Below are positions 57,285 through 64,000 of a stretch of 64,000 bases of DNA, piece by piece (the stretch's first letter is position 1; each line of letters opens with the position of its first letter). The stretch is from Octopus vulgaris (Eukaryota), in NCBI GenBank assembly GCA_951406725.2, contig OX597840.1:35960001-36024000 (forward strand), read 5' to 3'. Both the position numbers and the translations under genes were made by a program. A model generated the notes under the pieces. That model saw nothing but the letters and a program-made list of their open reading frames with translations. It made no database searches and had not been told where the DNA came from.

Positions 57285-58215
57285 CGGCGGTGGCGGCGGC
57301 GGTGGTGGTGGTGGCGGCGGCGATGGTGGTGGTGGTTACGTGGTGGAAGTGACAGTGTTGGTTGTAGTAGTAGTGGTGGCAACGAAGGGGGAGGCGGAGA
57401 TGAGGGTGGCGCTATCGATAGTGGTGATGATGAATGTGGTGGCGGGGGTAGAGGTGGTGGTGGTGGTGGTGGTGTTGATAGTGGTTAAGGTGGTGGTAGA
57501 GGTTAGGGATTCGTTGTAATTGTGGTATTGGAAATAGTCTCGATGGTGGTGGTGGTGGTGGTGGTGGTGGTTACGTGGTGGAAGTGACAGTGTTGGTGGT
57601 AGTAGTAGTAGTGGTGGCAACGAAGAGGGAGGTAGAGATGAGGGTAGCGCTATTGATAACGATAGCGATAGTGGTGATGATGGTGGTGGCAGGTGTAGAG
57701 ATGGTCGTGGTGGGGTAGAGGTGGTGGTGGTGGTGGTGTTGATAGTGGTTCAGGTGGTGGTAGAGGTTGAGGATTCATTGTAATTGTGGTAGTGGAAATA
57801 GTGTCGGTGGTGGTGGTGGTGGTGGTAGTGGTGGTAGTAGTGATGGTGGTAGTGGTGGTGGTAGTGGTGGTGGTGGTGGTCGTGGTAGTGGTGGTAGTAG
57901 TGGTGGTGGTAGTAGTGTTGGTGGTAGTAGTGGTGGTGGTGGAATTGGTGGCAATGATACTGGCTGTGGTGGTTGATGGTATTGCTGGTGGTGATGGTTT
58001 CGGTGGTAGTGGTGGTAGTTGTAGTCGTCGTCGTCGTGTGGTAGTATTGAGGCGAGGATGTTGCATGTTGTGGTAGTGGCGGTGGAGGTGAGGCTGGTGG
58101 TCCTGGGGCTGTCGTTGCTATTGCTGCTGGTGTTGCTGATGGTACTGGTGGTGGTGGTGATGGCGGTTATGGTAGTTTGGGTGGCGGTGTTTGCTTAAGT
58201 GGTGGTGGTGGTAGT
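57285..58215. repeat. (GGT)n-rich low-complexity block with a ~235-bp tandem duplication
   Basis: ggttacgtggtggaagtgacagtgttggt...ggcaacgaag occurs at ~57333 and ~57569. Confidence 0.85.
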
Positions 58216-58502
58216 AATATTATTGTTGTTGTTCTCATTATTTCCGGGAAACGTACGGAGGTGAGTTGGCAGAACCGTTAGCACGCCCGATAATATGCTT
58301 AACGCCTCACTTCGTCAATCTTTGTGTTTGAGTTCAAATTCCGCCGAGGTCGACATTTCATCATTTCAGGGTCGATAAATAAATACGATTAGAGTACTAG
58401 CATCGATGTAATCGACTTACCCCTTAAACCAAATTTCAGGCTTTGTGCCTATAGTAGAAAACATTATTATTATTATTATTGTTATTATTATTATTATTAT
58501 TA

Positions 58503-58540
<38 letters not shown>

Positions 58541-58541
<1 letters not shown>

Positions 58542-59618
58542 TGTTTTACTTTTGCTTTGTATTTGTACAAGTTGGCTCCAAGTCTCACCCAGAGACCTCA
58601 AGAGACAACAAGTTAGAAGTTCATGTTTGTGTTATGCCTAGTGTGCCATATATTTGGTTTTGTACATAGTATTGTTCTAGAGAATATTTCAGAAACCATA
58701 AGAAAATTATGTTTGTTTTAAAATTTGAGATTACACAGAAAGTATTTTACGTAGGATATGAACAGTTCCCATAAGCATTATCTTTTGAATTTCTGTCGTT
58801 TTGGGGTTTCCTAGTATCTGAGTTAAGTAGCAATCAGTCCCTTTCGCTATCATTCCCAGGGCACCTATGACAACAGGTATTGTTTTAGTCTTCAGGTTCC
58901 ACATTTTGCTGATTTCTATTTCAAGATCTTTATATTTACTCAGTTTCTGGTAGGTCTTGACAGATACGTTTATATCGATTGGGACAGTCATATCAATGAG
59001 GAGGCATGTTCTTTGTCTGAAGTCTTTCAATATGATGTCTGGCCTATTTGCATCTATCTTCCTGTCAGTTTGAATGGTGAAGTTCCAGAGGAGTGAGATG
59101 TGGTCATTTTCAAGCACTGGAGGTGGTTTGTGTTGTCACCAGTTTTTATCATTGGGCAGGTCCAGGCTTTTGCAAATTACCCAGTGAATATATTGTGCAG
59201 CCCTATCATGCCTGTTGAGATACTCTGTAGGTGCAAGAAGACTTCACATAGAGACAACGTGATCAATGGTTTCATTTTGTTGTTGACATACACGACATGT
59301 TGGGCTACTGCCGTTCTTTAATATGTTGGCCTGGTAGTTCATTGTAGGTAAGCATGGATCTTGAGCCGCTATGATAAACTCTTCTGTTTCTGATTTTAAG
59401 CCAGATGCCATTAATGGGTCAGGGCTTTGCCAACATCGGTATTATTCGCTCTCTTTGGGTATTTGCCATTGAGAGGTTTTTCTTGCCATTTATCAGTAAG
59501 AATGTCTAAGGCAGCAGTTTTAGCACTGGTTTTCATGCGCTTAGCTTTTTCTGTGCTTTTTTTCTGGTCCGGCTAATTCTGGAATTTGTTATATTTGGAA
59601 TTCACTTAGATATTCATT
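58541..59618 (-). pseudogene. 5'-truncated R4/Dong-like RLE non-LTR retrotransposon (Zn knuckle, RLE and 3' UTR)
   Basis: WQEKPLNGKYP..LKSETEEFIIAAQD..CRVCQQQNETIDHVVSM*..YLNRHD..LWNFTIQTDRKIDANRPDII..CLLIDMTVP..KLSKYKDL..IPVVIGALG. This shows a CCHC-type knuckle (last C disrupted), RHD and PD..D..K motifs, with (TAA)n on both sides. Confidence 0.92.
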
Positions 59619-59635
59619 TATTATTATCATCATCA

Positions 59636-59712
<77 letters not shown>

Positions 59713-59880
59713 GAGTAAGAGAGCAGTGCATGCAATCAAAGTGACACTAGGGTAAAATATACGAAGCTCAGAATACCATCATGACTATCCGTCTGATAAG
59801 GGTACACCAGGCACGTGCATCACAACCATGTGTGCGCGATATGGGGAACTCATATCAAGATAAACTGTATGACCTTACAG
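59713..59880 (-). mobile_element. Family D3 3' end abutting (TAA)n
   Basis: Homologous to the reverse complement of 23225-23394. Confidence 0.75.
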
Positions 59881-60089
59881 GAGAAGAAGAAGAAGAAGAA
59901 GAAGAAGAAGAAGAAGAAGAAGAAGAAGAAGAAGAAGAAGAAGAAGAAGAAGAAGAAGAAGAAGAAGAAGAATGGGGAGAAGAAGATCTTTTTCTCATAT
60001 ATAATATTAAGTTATCATTGCTCTAAAAAAATTGTATTAATAACAATAATAAAAATGAATTTCATATTTAATGAAAAACGACAACGACA

Positions 60090-60440
<351 letters not shown>

Positions 60441-60866
60441 TAATAATCGTGGCAATGACAAGGCAAAAACAAATATATAAACCCAAAAAATTCTACAACA
60501 AAATCAAACAAGAACACAAGCAAATCGTGGGGGACATTAAAATCTACTTAAATCAAAGCTAAATTGACTTCGATGTCACAAGGCAGTTTGTTAAATAGGA
60601 GGGAAAAAATGGATATACATATATCTATATACATATGTGAGTGTGTGAGGAGACATGTATATATGTGTGTGTGTGCGCGTGTGTGTATTTGTATGTATAT
60701 ATATATATATTATACATACATATATATAGACAAAGACATATATATTTATGTGTGTATGTGTATGCATATATATATATATGTGTGTGTGTATGTGCGCGTG
60801 TGTGTATTTGTATGAATGTATATATATACATACATATTTCTACACAAAGACATATATTTATGTGTG

Positions 60867-60944
<78 letters not shown>

Positions 60945-61177
60945 CGCATAGATAACAGATATCACGCACTTTGTTGCATCACAAGTAAGAATTCGGGGTT
61001 TTTGTGTGTGTTTATGTATGAATATATGTATCTATATATGTATCTATATATGTGTGTGTGTGTGTATGTGTGTGAATACAGGTATATAAGTATGTTTGTG
61101 TATATATGTATGCTTGAGTATGCATACAGGCAATATGTATATGTATATATATGTATATATAAATCGTATATATATTC

Positions 61178-61208
<31 letters not shown>

Positions 61209-62153
61209 CATATATCCGCGTATGTCCATGTGTATATATATATATATATATAGATCTATATGTAATGAAATACATATGTGAGTGTGTATGTGTGTGTTTG
61301 TATGTGCGTGCGTGTGTGTGTGAAAGTGTGTGTGTGTGAGTGTGGCTATGTTTCTAAGTGAAAGAATCAAATGAAAAATGAGAAATATATTGCAACAATG
61401 AAATCGAATAAAGTAAAAAGAACGCCACCACCACCACCACCACCCACACCACCAATAACCACCACCACCAACAACAACAACACCATCACCACCAACAACA
61501 ACTCCACCACCAACACCAGCACCGACACTACCAATACCACCACCAACAACAACCAACACTCCCACCAATACCAAAACTAACACCTCCACCAGCACCAACA
61601 CCGCCACCACCACCAATATCAACAACAACAACACCAACAACAACACAATACATTAACGTGAATATAATTCCTGAATGCTTACAGTTGTTGATGTAGTCGA
61701 CATTGTTTTTGCTGTTGTTGTTATATTCTTGTTGTTCTTGTTATTCATAATTTTCCTTCATTGTTTTTCGTCGATTTTCTTTCATTCTTATTGTTGTGTT
61801 TGTTTCTGTCTGTCTTTTGCTACTTTTATTTTATTTTTTGGGGGGAGGGGGTATTTTTCTTTTGTTCTTGTTTTTTTTGTTCTTGTTTTTTTTGTTCTTT
61901 TAATGGTACGGTGTGTTGAAAGGGTGAGGCGATTGCCTTCTTATTGTTTGTCCTATATACGTTCGCTTCACTCCAGCATGGCCGCAGTCCAAAGGCTGAA
62001 ACAAGTGCAACAATAGAACATCATACACAGACACACAGATACACACACACACGCACACACATACATAAATATATAAATATATATACAGAGCAAGGGCGAT
62101 ATATATATATATATACATACATAGAAATACAGAAAGCGCGAAACAGGTATATG

Positions 62154-62197
<44 letters not shown>

Positions 62198-62240
62198 TAT
62201 ATTATATTATATTATATTATATTATGAATTATATCATCTT

Positions 62241-62301
<61 letters not shown>

Positions 62302-62341
62302 TTGTATATATATATGTGTGAGCTATGTGTCTGTGTGTATG

Positions 62342-62380
<39 letters not shown>

Positions 62381-62414
62381 GTATATATATATATATACAT
62401 ATGGACATACGGAC

Positions 62415-62520
<106 letters not shown>

Positions 62521-62604
62521 ATAATTCTCTGAAACTAATACTGCTTCCGTGCTTCCATCATTAATAACGACTATACACACACACACATATAAATATATAT
62601 ATTT

Positions 62605-62638
<34 letters not shown>

Positions 62639-62904
62639 GTATGTTCTATATATATTAATTGCGGTGGTATCATCTTCTATTAGTTAGCCATTTCTTTGTG
62701 AAGAAATTGATTTATTGTTATAATGGTAATTAAATTATATATTGGAAACAAAAACAGACAACCAAAACCAAGAAAAGATATCTAATTAAATATAACAATA
62801 CATTTAATGAATGATATGTTCTGCTGTCTTTGAGATTTTGGCGAAATTTTGTAGATTATTATTTTTTTGCTCTTAGTTTTAGCTTCCTTCCATCCATCTA
62901 TCAT

Positions 62905-63433
<529 letters not shown>

Positions 63434-63751
63434 TAAATGTGCATCACACCACATCACACCACCCTACACCACTCGACACACACACACTAGCACACCCTTC
63501 CCAGCACCCACACCACACACCCCATCCGCACACCCACACACTACCATCCACACATCCATACATTACAGACGCAAACCCCTACACACGGACACAACTACAC
63601 AAGTCAAAGTCACTGGTCCCTATCCACACACACACAAATTTACACATTCTCCCATACACACACTCGCACGCGCAACTTCGTTTCCGGATCACCAATACTT
63701 TATCATCTCCCTTTTTTTACCTCTCATGTCAAACTATTTTTCTCAATTAGT

Positions 63752-63939
63752 CGCCATGCTTGACTGCTAAGTCAACAAGTTTTATTTTTATTCTCTCTCA
63801 GTTTATTTTCTTATTCCTCTCTGTTGAAGAGCGTAGGCTCGAAATGTAAAAGACTTTCTCATTTTCCCGAGTGTCAATCTATACACCTGTTTGTTGTTCG
63901 TACAACTGTCTTCATCTTTTGTGTTTTCTGTAAATTTCA

Positions 63940-63942
<3 letters not shown>
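63752..63942 (+). mobile_element. HHR-bearing short element, family B
   Basis: CUGUUGA-A-GAGC(guag)GCUC-GAAA-UG-UA-AAAG at 63821-63852, running into (TA)n. Confidence 0.7.

Positions 63943-64000
<58 letters not shown>

Overview
AT-rich eukaryotic non-coding DNA, most likely intergenic or intronic sequence from an octopus or other coleoid cephalopod. That assignment is inferred from the extreme microsatellite density and the SINE types. No intact host protein-coding exon, rRNA, true tRNA or CRISPR is supported, and almost all listed ORFs are microsatellite translations. The window is a nested patchwork of mobile elements: three tRNA-derived SINE families; 5'-truncated RLE-type (R4/Dong-like) LINE ends embedded in (TAA)n; RTE and CR1/L2-group LINE remnants; an internally deleted mariner; pogo/Tigger- and piggyBac-type MITEs; Helitron/Helentron remnants; and minisatellites. 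The most notable signal is a dense set of about 13 minimal type-I hammerhead-ribozyme (HHR) motifs. Many are carried by ~180-200 bp non-coding elements sitting in (TA)n tracts, and some are in inverted-repeat pairs typical of Penelope-like retroelements. One lies downstream of a tRNA-like Pol III head. All structures were read by eye and are not computationally validated.
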